From Anaerolineae bacterium (lineage in GTDB: Bacteria; Chloroflexota; Anaerolineae; B4-G1; SLSP01), in contig DAOOGN010000004.1 of the NCBI GenBank assembly GCA_035415725.1, positions 7,353 to 71,352 on the forward strand: DNA of 64,000 bases. Reading direction: 5' to 3'. Below the pieces are notes generated by a model that saw only the letters and a program-made list of their open reading frames with translations, ran no database searches and had not been told where the DNA came from. Of this stretch, positions 1-13,880 are shown piece by piece (position 1 is the first letter of the stretch; each line of letters begins with the position of its first letter). A program made the translations under genes and the position numbers.

Positions 1-324
1 TTGGCAGCCCGGTTGGACGGGGAGAGCGAAGCGGCGATCATCGCCCGCTACATGATCCCCGGCTTCGCCAGCTACATCATCGTTTCGCTCACCGGGTCGC
101 TGCCCGGGATGATCCTCGGCGAGACATCGTTGAGTTTCCTGGGGATCGGCCTGAACCCGCCGACCATCAGTTGGGGCGTGATGTTACAGGATGCCCAGGA
201 TATTATGAACGTGGCCCACTACCCGTGGATTCTTTGGCCGGTGCCGGTGGTGGTGCTTGCCGTGCTGATGTTCAACTTTTTGGGCGACGGCTTGCGTGAT
301 GCCGCAGACCCCTACGTGAGCTAG
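1..324 (+). CDS. Oligopeptide/oligosaccharide ABC transporter permease (OppC/DppC family), C-terminal part, truncated by window edge
   Basis: EAA-loop remnant (GESEAAIIARYMIP), ETSLSFLGIG and FNFLGDGLRDAADP motifs; directly upstream of two Opp-type ATPases. Confidence 0.9.
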   Translation: MAARLDGESEAAIIARYMIPGFASYIIVSLTGSLPGMILGETSLSFLGIGLNPPTISWGVMLQDAQDIMNVAHYPWILWPVPVVVLAVLMFNFLGDGLRDAADPYVS

Positions 325-332
325 GAGGCGCT

Positions 333-1397
333 ATGTCGTCGGATCATGTGCTTGCCGAAATCAAAAATCTACACACCTATTTCTACCTGGCCGAGGGCAT
401 CGTCCGGGCGGTGGATGGCGTCGATCTGGTGATCAAACCGGGACGCACGTTAGGCATCGTGGGGGAAAGCGGCTGTGGTAAGAGCATCACCGCGCTTTCG
501 CTGATGCAGTTAGTCCCTTCCCCAGGTCGCATCGAGGAAGGGGAGATCACCTATTATCGAACCATCCACAAGACGGAATCAACATCGACCGCGAATATCA
601 TCGAGATCACCAAACTCAAGCCCAACAGCCGTGAAATGCGCGCCATCCGGGGCAACCAGATTTCGATGGTCTTCCAGGAGCCGATGGCCGCCATGCTCCC
701 CGTGCGTACCGTGGGGGCGCAGATCATGGAGGCCATCATCCTGCATCAGCAGGTGAGCAAGGCCGAAGCCCGTGAGCGCGCCATCGATATTCTGACCCGC
801 GTCAAGCTGCCCAACGCCGACCAGATTGTGGATACCTATCCCTTTCAGTTGAGCGGAGGCATGCGTCAGCGCGCCGTGATCGCTATGGCGTTGAGCTGCA
901 ATCCCAACTTGCTCATCGCCGACGAGCCGACGACGGCGTTGGACGTGACGACCGAGGCCCAAATCCTCGATCTGATGCGGGATTTGCAGCGGGAATACAA
1001 CATGGCGATTATGTACATCACCCACAATCTGGGAGTCATCGCCGAGATGGCCGACGAAGTTGCGGTGATGTATATGGGCAAAATCGTCGAGCAGACCGAT
1101 GTCACGTCCATCTTCAGAAACCCTATGCACCCTTACACGCAGGCGTTGCTCAGGTCTATTCCGCAGCTTGACGACGTGATGGCGCGCGTCGGCAAGAAGA
1201 AGCGGCTGGAGACGATCAAGGGCATGGTGCCCGATCCCTACAGTGTACTGCCGGGATGTTCTTTCCATCCCCGCTGCCCCCAGTTTATGCAGGGTGTGTG
1301 TGACCAGGCAGTGCCCGCTGTCGTTGAAATGGAACCAGGCCATACCGTCAGGTGTCACCTGTATACTTCCCGTTCCTCACATGTCCAAACAAATTAA
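333..1397 (+). CDS. Opp/Dpp-family ABC transporter ATP-binding protein (OppD/DppD-like)
   Basis: Walker [17 protein letters not shown], Walker [12 protein letters not shown]-terminal oligo_HPY motif (HPYT...CSFHPRC). Confidence 0.93.
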   Translation: MSSDHVLAEIKNLHTYFYLAEGIVRAVDGVDLVIKPGRTLGIVGESGCGKSITALSLMQLVPSPGRIEEGEITYYRTIHKTESTSTANIIEITKLKPNSREMRAIRGNQISMVFQEPMAAMLPVRTVGAQIMEAIILHQQVSKAEARERAIDILTRVKLPNADQIVDTYPFQLSGGMRQRAVIAMALSCNPNLLIADEPTTALDVTTEAQILDLMRDLQREYNMAIMYITHNLGVIAEMADEVAVMYMGKIVEQTDVTSIFRNPMHPYTQALLRSIPQLDDVMARVGKKKRLETIKGMVPDPYSVLPGCSFHPRCPQFMQGVCDQAVPAVVEMEPGHTVRCHLYTSRSSHVQTN

Positions 1398-1409
1398 GGA
1401 TACCATGCT

Positions 1410-6057
<4,648 letters not shown>

Positions 6058-6130
6058 TTTGCCTCCAGTTGGAATGTTCGAGCGCGGGAATGCTCGAACG
6101 TTCCAGCTTTTACTACCCGACTAACGACTG

Positions 6131-7810
6131 ATGACAACCACACATCCTGATCGCAAAGACTACTGGCTGGCCGGCCTGATCGGCATTTTTGCCCTGGCGC
6201 TCTACGTGCGGACGCTGGCGCCAGACGTGCTCTACGGCGACAGCGCCGAATTTCAGACGCTCGCTTACACCCTGGGGACGACCCATTCCACGGGCTATCC
6301 CGTGTACCTGTTGCTGGCGCGCTTGGTGGGATTTCTGCCGCTTGCCTCCCCTGCCTGGCGCGTCAACCTGGTTTCGGCGCTGTGCGCGGCGTGGACGGTG
6401 GGTGGCGTCTACCTGCTGATCCGCTTCTTCACCCCCCGCCGCCTAGGGGCGGCGTTGGGCAGTATCGCGCTGGCGCTGTCGTACACCTTCTGGTCGCAGG
6501 CGATCATCGCCGAAGTCTACACGCCGGGGATGGCGCTGCTGATAACGGTGCTGCTGCTGTTGGCCCATTGGCAAAGCGAGCCGCTGGCACGCCGCCGCGC
6601 ACTGGCATGGGCTACGGCGCTGACGTGTCTAGCGCTGGGCGTCCACGCCTCGGCGGCGTTGATAGCCCCGTCTGCCCTCGCGTTCGTCCTGGGGGTGCTG
6701 GCCTTCCAGCCCAAAGCGCAAATCTGGCCCTGCTTGAAGGCTGCCGCCGTGGGGTTCGCTGCCGGGCTGGGCTTCTATTTCCTGACGTTCGTGCTGCTTG
6801 ACCTGCACAACCCGCCATCCAGCTTCATCCAGGTGATGTTATATCCCTCGCGTTCGATCTGGGGATTGCAATCCGGCGACATCGACGGCGTTTTTGAACA
6901 CTGGTGGTTGACCATCTCCAGCCTGCAATGGCGTAGTGTGATGTTCCCGGAAGACAGCAGTTTCGCCGTGGCGATCAGCGACTACTTCACCCGTGTCCTG
7001 AGTCAGGAGTTTTCGCTGGGGATGATCGGGCTTGCCGTGATTGGCCTGGGCGAGATTCGTCACGCCGCGCGGCAACTCGCCAAAAGCGCCGGGAACCCCG
7101 AACTCGACGACACCAAGACGCGCGTCCAGGCGTTCATCAAGTCCATCCCCACTGCTCCCACCTTGAGCCTGGGCGTCTTCATGGCCCTGAATTACCTGGT
7201 GATGTTGATATTCATCCTCAACTACCGTCCAGGGGATCAATATGTGTTTTATCTCGCCACCTATATCGGCATCGCCACAGCAATCGGCGTGGGGATTGGA
7301 CGGATGTTGGAATGGACGGTTCGGCCGGCGACCCGGCGCCAACGCTGGCGGCGTTATCTTTATCCGGTGATCATGGTGTTGAGCGTGATGATCGTCGTCA
7401 CACCCTACGCCGGCCCGCGCTGGGAGGCGCTTTGGGCCGGCAAAGGGACTTTTGTGCAGGAGACGTATCCTTACCCGCTCGAAAACCTGAAAGAGCCGCG
7501 CCTGATTTATACCATGTGCCTGTCTCTATTGCCGGAAGATGCGTTCGTGGTGATGAACTGGCGCGCCTTGTACACGATGTACTACCTGGCGCACGTGGAG
7601 AAACGGCGTCCCAACATCGTCATCAAAGAAGCCACGCCGTATGGCAGCAACAACCTGATTGCCGCTAGCCTGCTGGAAGAAATGACCGATGCCGTGCGCG
7701 CCGGGCGTCCGGTCTTCGTGGATCAGGTCTATCCCGGGTTGCGAGAGCGCTTCCGCGTCATGCCGGCGGCAGGCGGCGATTTCTATCGGCTGACGTTGCC
7801 GCGACAATGA
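6131..7810 (+). CDS. DUF2723-domain GT-C membrane protein (TMEM260-like putative O-mannosyltransferase)
   Basis: LYVRTLAPDV..GDSAEFQ, H(S/P)TGYP.Y, FWSQAIIAEVY motifs; many TM segments. Confidence 0.72.
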   Translation: MTTTHPDRKDYWLAGLIGIFALALYVRTLAPDVLYGDSAEFQTLAYTLGTTHSTGYPVYLLLARLVGFLPLASPAWRVNLVSALCAAWTVGGVYLLIRFFTPRRLGAALGSIALALSYTFWSQAIIAEVYTPGMALLITVLLLLAHWQSEPLARRRALAWATALTCLALGVHASAALIAPSALAFVLGVLAFQPKAQIWPCLKAAAVGFAAGLGFYFLTFVLLDLHNPPSSFIQVMLYPSRSIWGLQSGDIDGVFEHWWLTISSLQWRSVMFPEDSSFAVAISDYFTRVLSQEFSLGMIGLAVIGLGEIRHAARQLAKSAGNPELDDTKTRVQAFIKSIPTAPTLSLGVFMALNYLVMLIFILNYRPGDQYVFYLATYIGIATAIGVGIGRMLEWTVRPATRRQRWRRYLYPVIMVLSVMIVVTPYAGPRWEALWAGKGTFVQETYPYPLENLKEPRLIYTMCLSLLPEDAFVVMNWRALYTMYYLAHVEKRRPNIVIKEATPYGSNNLIAASLLEEMTDAVRAGRPVFVDQVYPGLRERFRVMPAAGGDFYRLTLPRQ

Positions 7811-7877
7811 AATTTCTCTGTATGACAATTGAACAGAGCAAAGGTTATGATACAATGAAGACAAAGGGATCATAATC

Positions 7878-8166
7878 ATGCAAATCAAAGACATTATTTG
7901 GCTTCCCGACATCATAGACAAACTGGATTGAAAGCATCATGCCGTTCCCGAAGAAGTAGAACAAGTCTTTGATGGACAGCCGATGTATCGTCGTATCGAA
8001 CGTGGCAAGATACGTGGTGAGGATTTATATGTAGCATTGGGACAAACCGACACAGGCCGTTACTTGATCGTTTTCTTTGGTTCACAAGACAACAGGTGAA
8101 GCGCCGATTATCAGCGCGCTGGATATGGCACAGAAGGATCGTAGACAATATGAACACAAAAAGTAA
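7878..8166 (+). pseudogene. BrnT-family toxin pseudogene
   Basis: MQIKDIIWLPDIIDKLD*KHHAVPEEVEQVF...LGQTDTGRYLIVFF, then +1 frameshift near 8070 into VHKTTGEAPIISALDMAQKDRRQYEHKK*. In-frame TGA at 7929-7931. Overlaps the antitoxin start. Confidence 0.75.
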
Positions 8167-8431
8167 ACGGCGAGACCCCCTACCTGAGGCGTTTGAAAGT
8201 ATCGAAGCAGCAGGCGATTTCTGGGATACGCACGATTTGAGTGATTACTGGGACCAGACTAGCGAAGTACACTTTGAAGTAAGCCTTGGTCGGCGGGTTA
8301 TTTTAGTACCTTTGGAACAGAATGTTGCGCACCAATTAGCGAGTGTTGCCAGGCGTCAAGGGCTGTCCACTGAAACTCTGGTTAACTTATGGCTCAACGA
8401 GCGACTCCAACAACTGGAAGTGCCTGCTTAA
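8150..8431 (+). CDS. BrnA/CopG-like antitoxin
   Basis: LPEAFESIEAAGDFWDTHDLSDYW and C-terminal RHH-like LASVARRQGLSTETLVNLWLNERL. Confidence 0.75.
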   Translation: MNTKSKRRDPLPEAFESIEAAGDFWDTHDLSDYWDQTSEVHFEVSLGRRVILVPLEQNVAHQLASVARRQGLSTETLVNLWLNERLQQLEVPA

Positions 8432-8474
8432 GCCCGCGCGCTTTATGGTCTCCCCTTATTCTGCACCTGATACC

Positions 8475-9479
8475 ATGAAACGCGCCGACGGCTCGGCGCG
8501 TTTCGCCTACGTCACGCTGTTGATGCGCAACGACAGCTACCTGCCCGGCGTGCTGACGTTAGCATACGGCCTGCGCTGCCAGAACACCCGCGCCGACCTG
8601 ATCTGCATGGTGACGCCGGAGATCACGGCGGAAGCCCGCTATGCGCTGGACTTGTTGTTCGACCATGTCGTCGAGGTCGAGCCGCTCTTCATCCCCTACA
8701 AGCGACGACAGGCGCGGCAGTACATCCCCTACGTCTTCACACGAATGCACATGCTCCGGCTCGGCGCGGATGGCGACCTGGGGCCATCCTACGAGAAGCT
8801 CGTGGCGCTCGATGCCGACGTGCTGCCCATCAAGCACTACGATCACCTGTTCACGCTCAACGCGCCGGCGGGCATCCTCAACGAGTCCAAGGCGCACTTC
8901 GTGGATTACGATGACGACGGGAAATACATCATCCCGCCGAGCGTGGCGACCGAGGGCACATGGCGCTGGCACGAAGCCTACAATCCCCTCTGCTCGCACG
9001 GACAGCCTATCCCGTCGGCCATCACCGACCGCGTCAAGGATGATCCCACCAACATGGGCGTGAACACCGCGTTGCTTGTCGTGCGGCCCTCCATGGCCGA
9101 GTTCATAGCGATCGAAGCCGACCTGCAACGGCCTGAAATTCGGCGTTACATCGGCGACTTGTTCGAGTGGCCCGACATGCAGTACCTCACCATGCGTTGG
9201 TCGGGACAATGGACCAACGTGGACATCCGTTTCTGCGGGTTCAGCGGCTATCCCTACCTGGCCGTGCTGTTCGGTACGCACTACGCCGGCATAAAGCCGT
9301 GGCACTTCCACAAAGCCCAGGCTATAGCCCATTATGGCCGCTTCGAGGACTTTCAATACTGGTTCAAGCAGTATACGGCGATGGTCACGCAAACCTATCC
9401 CCGGTTGCAAAAAGTGAAACGGCTGGAACGGTTGTTGAAACAGATCAGAGAACTCAACGCTAATATGTGGAACTCGTAA
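8475..9479 (+). CDS. Glycosyltransferase family 8, glycogenin-like
   Basis: AYVTLLMRNDSYLPGVLTLAYGLR, DxD motif ALDADVL, C-terminal HYAGIKPW. Confidence 0.78.
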   Translation: MKRADGSARFAYVTLLMRNDSYLPGVLTLAYGLRCQNTRADLICMVTPEITAEARYALDLLFDHVVEVEPLFIPYKRRQARQYIPYVFTRMHMLRLGADGDLGPSYEKLVALDADVLPIKHYDHLFTLNAPAGILNESKAHFVDYDDDGKYIIPPSVATEGTWRWHEAYNPLCSHGQPIPSAITDRVKDDPTNMGVNTALLVVRPSMAEFIAIEADLQRPEIRRYIGDLFEWPDMQYLTMRWSGQWTNVDIRFCGFSGYPYLAVLFGTHYAGIKPWHFHKAQAIAHYGRFEDFQYWFKQYTAMVTQTYPRLQKVKRLERLLKQIRELNANMWNS

Positions 9480-9682
9480 CTATTCAACCGCCTTGCCAGG
9501 TGGCGGGCGGCGAAGCCGCCCGCCCCCCCCTTTTGCCCCCTTCTTTCTCGCTTGCGGGGGAGGAGGGGGCTGGGGGATGAGAGGGTCATCATCTGCCGGG
9601 GTAACCTATTATGTGCCCTCTCCAAAGTCCCGTTCGCCACCTGGCAAGGGTGGCTGAATAGTTACCTGGCCTGAATCGATAC
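9476..9682. repeat. Family A modular element: plus-strand left end, inverted partial copy, then right end
   Basis: GTAACTATTCAACC at 9476 (contains the GT8 stop codon), inverted GGCTGAATAGTTAC ending 9665, then CTGGCCTGAATCGATAC at 9666-9682. Confidence 0.8.
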
Positions 9683-9736
9683 CTCTCGCATACGAGCACT
9701 GACACATAGCGATCCGTGTCACATTCTGGAGGAACC

Positions 9737-10891
9737 ATGCCATACGCATTGAAATACGACATTACCCAAGACGATCTCGGCCACTTTGCCGGGCGCGGCC
9801 CGGCCTTCGTCACCTTCGGAGAGACGATGGTGCGCGACACTCCCGCCGACGGCGAACGCCCGGAGCGCACGCGCCAGGTCCACCTCTCGATGGCGGGCAG
9901 TGAATACACGCTGGCGCTAGGCCTGTCCCGTTTGGGTATCCCATCGAGCTACATCACCCGCGTGCCCGACAACCCTTACGGGCGGATGCTACGCAACATT
10001 GCCCGCGAAAACGGCGTCAACACCGATCATTTCGTCTGGGCGCCGAAAACCGAACCCATCGGGCGCTTCATCTACGAGATCGGGCGCACGCCGCGCCGCG
10101 ACAGCGGCATCTACCAGCGCATGTTCTCCGCCGCCTCCAGGCTTGACGCCGGGATGGTGGATTGGCCAGCGGCGCTCAAAGACTGCCGGCTCTTTCACAC
10201 GTCGGGCATCACCTTTGGACTGGCGGCGCACAGCAAGTACGCGCGCAATTACCTGCTGGCGGCCTTCGAGGAAGCGATGGCCGACAAACCTGCAGAATGT
10301 TGGGTGGGGATGGACTTCAACTATCGCGCCACCCTCTGGTCGGTGGAACAGGCGCAAGCCGTGCTCACGCCGCTGGTCACGGATCACGTCGACGTGCTGG
10401 TAACGACCATCGAGGATATGGCGCAGCTCTACGGGATGGGTTGTGGGCCATATAGCGCCCGGCAGATCGATGACGGCGACATCGGCCCCCTCCAGGACGA
10501 GGATCTGCGCGCTTTCGCCGCCGAGGTAGGCGCGCGCTTCAACACCAAAATCGTCGCCATCACCATCCGCTACCCCGACAGCTTCGAGCAACATCGCTGG
10601 GAATCGGCAGCGGCGGACGCGGACGGCAATTTCTTCCGTTCACCCGCCGTCAAACCCATCACTCTATGGGACCGGCTGGGCGGCGGCGATACATGGAACG
10701 CCGGCTTCTATTACGGCCTGCTCACCGCCGGTTTCAACGCCGACGGCCTGGCGAAAGGCATCCTCGTGGGTGATGCCGCCACGCGCCTCAAGCAGACGCT
10801 GCTGTTCGACCTGCCTATCATCGACAAGGCCGAAGTGCAAGCATTGATGAAGGCCGACGTGGCCGGCGGCGGCAAGCGAACGGCGCGCTAA
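9737..10891 (+). CDS. PfkB-family sugar kinase (2-keto-3-deoxygluconate kinase-like)
   Basis: FVTFGETM, AGSEYTLALGLSRLG, DFNYRATLWS, DRLGGGDTWNAGF; GGAGG RBS before ATG 9737. Confidence 0.85.
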   Translation: MPYALKYDITQDDLGHFAGRGPAFVTFGETMVRDTPADGERPERTRQVHLSMAGSEYTLALGLSRLGIPSSYITRVPDNPYGRMLRNIARENGVNTDHFVWAPKTEPIGRFIYEIGRTPRRDSGIYQRMFSAASRLDAGMVDWPAALKDCRLFHTSGITFGLAAHSKYARNYLLAAFEEAMADKPAECWVGMDFNYRATLWSVEQAQAVLTPLVTDHVDVLVTTIEDMAQLYGMGCGPYSARQIDDGDIGPLQDEDLRAFAAEVGARFNTKIVAITIRYPDSFEQHRWESAAADADGNFFRSPAVKPITLWDRLGGGDTWNAGFYYGLLTAGFNADGLAKGILVGDAATRLKQTLLFDLPIIDKAEVQALMKADVAGGGKRTAR

Positions 10892-10993
10892 GAAGCAAGA
10901 GGTTCCGTATCAGTGGACTGAAGAGCGGAGGGTACGTTCCAAAATCGAGATCACCTGGCCGGTGAGATACGGCGTGGATGCCACCTTAACGCC

Positions 10994-11308
10994 CTACTGG
11001 GATTGACGACGCCAGAAGGGGACGGTTTCTACAGGCTGCACCTCGGCTGCCGCCGGGTGCGGCTTCTGCGGCACCTCGAGCAGAAAGCGTCGTATGGCGT
11101 GCAGGGCCGCTCTGAGAATCATATCCCCGATGCCCACCAGATTGAGGTCGATGAACATCGCCTCCTCGGGCAGCTCGCTATCCAGGTGTTGCATCTCTTC
11201 GCGGAAAATCTGCATCAGATCATCCTCATGCTCTTCCAGAAAGATCGCCAGATCACGCCGGGTCAGGTTGAAGGCGCTTTCGCGCACAGCTTTACGTAAA
11301 GGCATCAT
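10994..11308 (-). CDS. Hypothetical acidic helical protein
   Basis: AGGAG RBS; 6 bp downstream of the methyltransferase on the same strand; protein-like composition. Confidence 0.6.
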   Translation of the reverse strand: MMPLRKAVRESAFNLTRRDLAIFLEEHEDDLMQIFREEMQHLDSELPEEAMFIDLNLVGIGDMILRAALHAIRRFLLEVPQKPHPAAAEVQPVETVPFWRRQSQ

Positions 11309-11314
11309 CTCCTC

Positions 11315-12073
11315 CTATTTCTCAGCAACAAAAAACACCCGCGGTTCGGCTTCCAGATCGTCAAGCGGCATCGCCAGATCGTCCAAACGTGCGCCATAGG
11401 CGCTGCGGAAGCCGGCATCCAACAGCGCCGTGTGGACGGCAGACATCTCGAACAGCGTGTTGAACGCGGTTTGATCGAAACGGTCGTAGAGTCCATTCTC
11501 CCGGCGCAAGAATCCCGAAATCTGAGTGTAGGCGCGGTTCTGTTCTTCCACCCACACGCCGCGGGTAAACAACGCCAGATCGTCGGTCATTTGTACGCTC
11601 GCGCCCGCCCAGTGCTGCAACCCGCGTCGCGTGTTAAGGTCAAAGATGAACCGCCCCCCGGCCGACAAAACTGCGCCAACGGAACGAAAACAGCCCCGCA
11701 GTGCTGCCATATCGGGCAAGTGGTTGAGCGCATCATAAGTCGAAATCGCCAGTCCGAACGGCCCATCCAGCATAAAGTCGGCGGCATCCCCCTCCACGAA
11801 GCGCGCGCGCCCGGCGTCGATGTACGGTTGTGCTTTTTCAATCGCATAGCGTAGCATTGCCGGAGAAAAATCCAGGCCGGTGACATTGTAGCCGTGTTCC
11901 AGGAGATACAGAGCCAGTTGTCCCGTCCCGCAGCACACGTCCAGTGCGGTTTTGTTGATGGGTTCTGGCGACGTACTCTCGTAGAAAGCCCAGATACGAG
12001 GGGCAACATGCTTCGCCCATCCACCCCAGTACAGATCGTATACGTGGGCAAACTCTGCATTGTATGGCGCCAT
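11315..12073 (-). CDS. Class I SAM-dependent methyltransferase
   Basis: ALDVCCGTG motif I, GLDFSPAML, FIFDLNT. Confidence 0.9.
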   Translation of the reverse strand: MAPYNAEFAHVYDLYWGGWAKHVAPRIWAFYESTSPEPINKTALDVCCGTGQLALYLLEHGYNVTGLDFSPAMLRYAIEKAQPYIDAGRARFVEGDAADFMLDGPFGLAISTYDALNHLPDMAALRGCFRSVGAVLSAGGRFIFDLNTRRGLQHWAGASVQMTDDLALFTRGVWVEEQNRAYTQISGFLRRENGLYDRFDQTAFNTLFEMSAVHTALLDAGFRSAYGARLDDLAMPLDDLEAEPRVFFVAEK

Positions 12074-12075
12074 TC

Positions 12076-12822
12076 CTAAGCTCCCTCCACCGGCTTTCCC
12101 AGCACTTCGACCACCAGGAAATGCGATAATCCGCAGAAACGCAACGGCGTATGCTCCAGCGCATACGTCATCTGTTGCAAGAAACGCCCCACACGCGGCA
12201 GGCGGGCGACGATGTTATCGTACCCCGGGTAAATCTGCGTGTGGACGACGACGCGCACCGGTTGACCGACGAACAACCGTCGCAGGGCGCGCCCGCTGTA
12301 AGCGCGCACGTGCGGCGCGAGACGATGGCGCAGCGCATCGGGCAGCCAGTTGACCAGTGGCTTGTTGCCGAAGTGATAGACCCCGCGCCAGTAGATGCCG
12401 TGCGTCTCGAAGAAATAGGCCCGGTTGGGCACGAAGATCACAATGCGCCCGCCGGGGCGGGTCACACGAACCATCTCCTGCGCGCAGCGGCGATCGTCCG
12501 CCACATGCTCTAGCACCTCGTGCGAGAAGACCACGTCAAAGACGTTATCGGCAAACGGCAGTCTCTCCCCCACTGCACGAGCCGCACCCTTCGCCCGTGC
12601 CCGGGCCTCGCGCGCCCGGTCGGCCTCAATCTCGATACCGAAAACATCCGGCGTATAGCGCAGGAAGGCCGAGGTGTACATCCCCAACCCACAGCCCACG
12701 TCTAGCACACGCCGTCCTTCCAGAGGGGCGTATTGCCGTACCATCGCCAGACGCCGCTCTTGTCCGGCACGCCACACGAAGGAAGGATTCCCCCTGAGCG
12801 CCGTTTGATCCGTCATCGTCAT
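12076..12822 (-). CDS. Class I SAM-dependent methyltransferase (Methyltransf_11-like)
   Basis: VLDVGCGLG, LPFADNVFDVVFSHEVLEHV, RVTRPGG; start chosen at MTMTDQ. Confidence 0.88.
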   Translation of the reverse strand: MTMTDQTALRGNPSFVWRAGQERRLAMVRQYAPLEGRRVLDVGCGLGMYTSAFLRYTPDVFGIEIEADRAREARARAKGAARAVGERLPFADNVFDVVFSHEVLEHVADDRRCAQEMVRVTRPGGRIVIFVPNRAYFFETHGIYWRGVYHFGNKPLVNWLPDALRHRLAPHVRAYSGRALRRLFVGQPVRVVVHTQIYPGYDNIVARLPRVGRFLQQMTYALEHTPLRFCGLSHFLVVEVLGKPVEGA

Positions 12823-12926
12823 AGCGCCCGATTGTAAGTTCAAAAGGCCGCATGTCAAATTGACAGGCCATTGTACTTGTGGTACTATTGGCTTTGGACT
12901 CTTGACTTTTTTCCCAGGAGGGGACT

Positions 12927-13298
12927 ATGACCGTATCCCGCACAGAACGTCTCACAGAAGCATTGTATGCGCTCCAAGCCGGCACCACGGATATCGAGGC
13001 TTCGGCCATTGTCAGCGTCGATGGCTTGATCATCGCCTCGGCGCTGCCCGCCGGTTCGGAAGAAGACCGCGTCTCGGCCATGTCGGCGGCCATGCTGTCG
13101 TTAGGTGAGCGTATCGCCGGTGAACTGCGGCGGGGTGCGCTGGAGCAGGTTTACATCAAAGGGGATAAAGGCTACGTCATTCTTATGTCCGTTGGCGAGG
13201 AAGCGGTGCTCACGGTATTGGCTCATCAAAATGCCAAACTCGGCCTGGTATTCCTGGAAATGCACCGCGCCGTCCAGTCGCTTGTGCCCTTGCTGTAA
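12927..13298 (+). CDS. Roadblock/LC7 (MglB-like) domain protein
   Basis: IVSVDGLIIAS, EDRVSAMSAAMLSLGER, AKLGLVFLEM; GGAGG RBS. Confidence 0.9.
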   Translation: MTVSRTERLTEALYALQAGTTDIEASAIVSVDGLIIASALPAGSEEDRVSAMSAAMLSLGERIAGELRRGALEQVYIKGDKGYVILMSVGEEAVLTVLAHQNAKLGLVFLEMHRAVQSLVPLL

Positions 13299-13393
13299 AC
13301 TCCTCAACGACGCTCTTTGACTGGATAAGCTGGGCACATTCATGTGCGCCAGCTTTTTTCATCCCCAACAGAATACAAATAGGTTCTTCAGGA

Positions 13394-13850
13394 GTAACTA
13401 TTCAGCCGCCTTTGCCAGATTGCGAACGGGACTTTGGGGATGGTGCATAAGATATTGACACTTCGGCCATAGGTGATGACCCTCTCATCCCCCAACCCCC
13501 TTCTCCCCCGCCAGCGGAGGAGAAGGGGGCGAAAAAGCGGGGGTGTGGCAGACGGCGAAGCCGCCTGCCACACCCCTTACAGAAAGCCTCCCTTCCCCAG
13601 GGAAGGGAGGCAGGGGGAATGGGCTGGTAGGAACACGCCTATCTCGTCATCCAAGAGCGCCTGGCATACCAAAATCCGCGCTAAACCTACTATTAGGACA
13701 GGACTTACGCAAGCCTGGCTCGAATCAAGCGGCGGAGGATTTGTAGTGACGCCTTCAGGCGTCTCTTAGGAGCTAAGAACGGCTGAAGCCGTCACTACAA
13801 ACGGAAATTTGCGTAAGTCCTAAGGAAATAAATTGTGTTTTTCACTGTGT
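13394..13850 (+). repeat. Family A element interrupted by MITE B near its right end
   Basis: GTAACTATTCAGCC start and internal modules shared with copies at 38934, 43211 and 60103. After MITE B the sequence resumes with GAAATAAATTGT, resembling family A GAAGAAATTGT. Confidence 0.8.
13699..13822 (+). mobile_element. MITE family B (124 bp)
   Basis: TIR AGGACTTACGCAA / TTGCGTAAGTCCT; 4-bp direct repeat AGGA at 13695-13698 and 13823-13826; internal GTAG-REP doublet. Confidence 0.88.
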
Positions 13851-13880
13851 GCTCGGTGACTATTTTCAAGGAGGTCTGGT

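Noticed and set aside
7929-7931. Programmed recoding (Sec or read-through) of the BrnT TGA
   Set aside because: A second lesion (frameshift) follows and the position looks like a Trp codon; decay is simpler.
9476-9665. Integron attC site (TAAC overlapping a stop codon, inverted ends)
   Set aside because: Ends do not fit RYYYAAC/GTTRRRY (GTTACCT), there is no cassette array or integrase, and the sequence belongs to family A.
12927-13298. Roadblock protein without an adjacent MglA GTPase, and the OmpR regulator at 58062 without an adjacent kinase
   Set aside because: Orphan copies of both are common; partners may lie elsewhere in the genome.
13473-13769. ORFs made of repeat sequence (13473-13769, 17578-18003, 38938-39456, 43253-43570, 49951-50532, 60055-60360)
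   Set aside because: They read through families A, B and D. Their shared peptides (PLPGG, VTTNPPPL) reflect DNA repeats, not genes.
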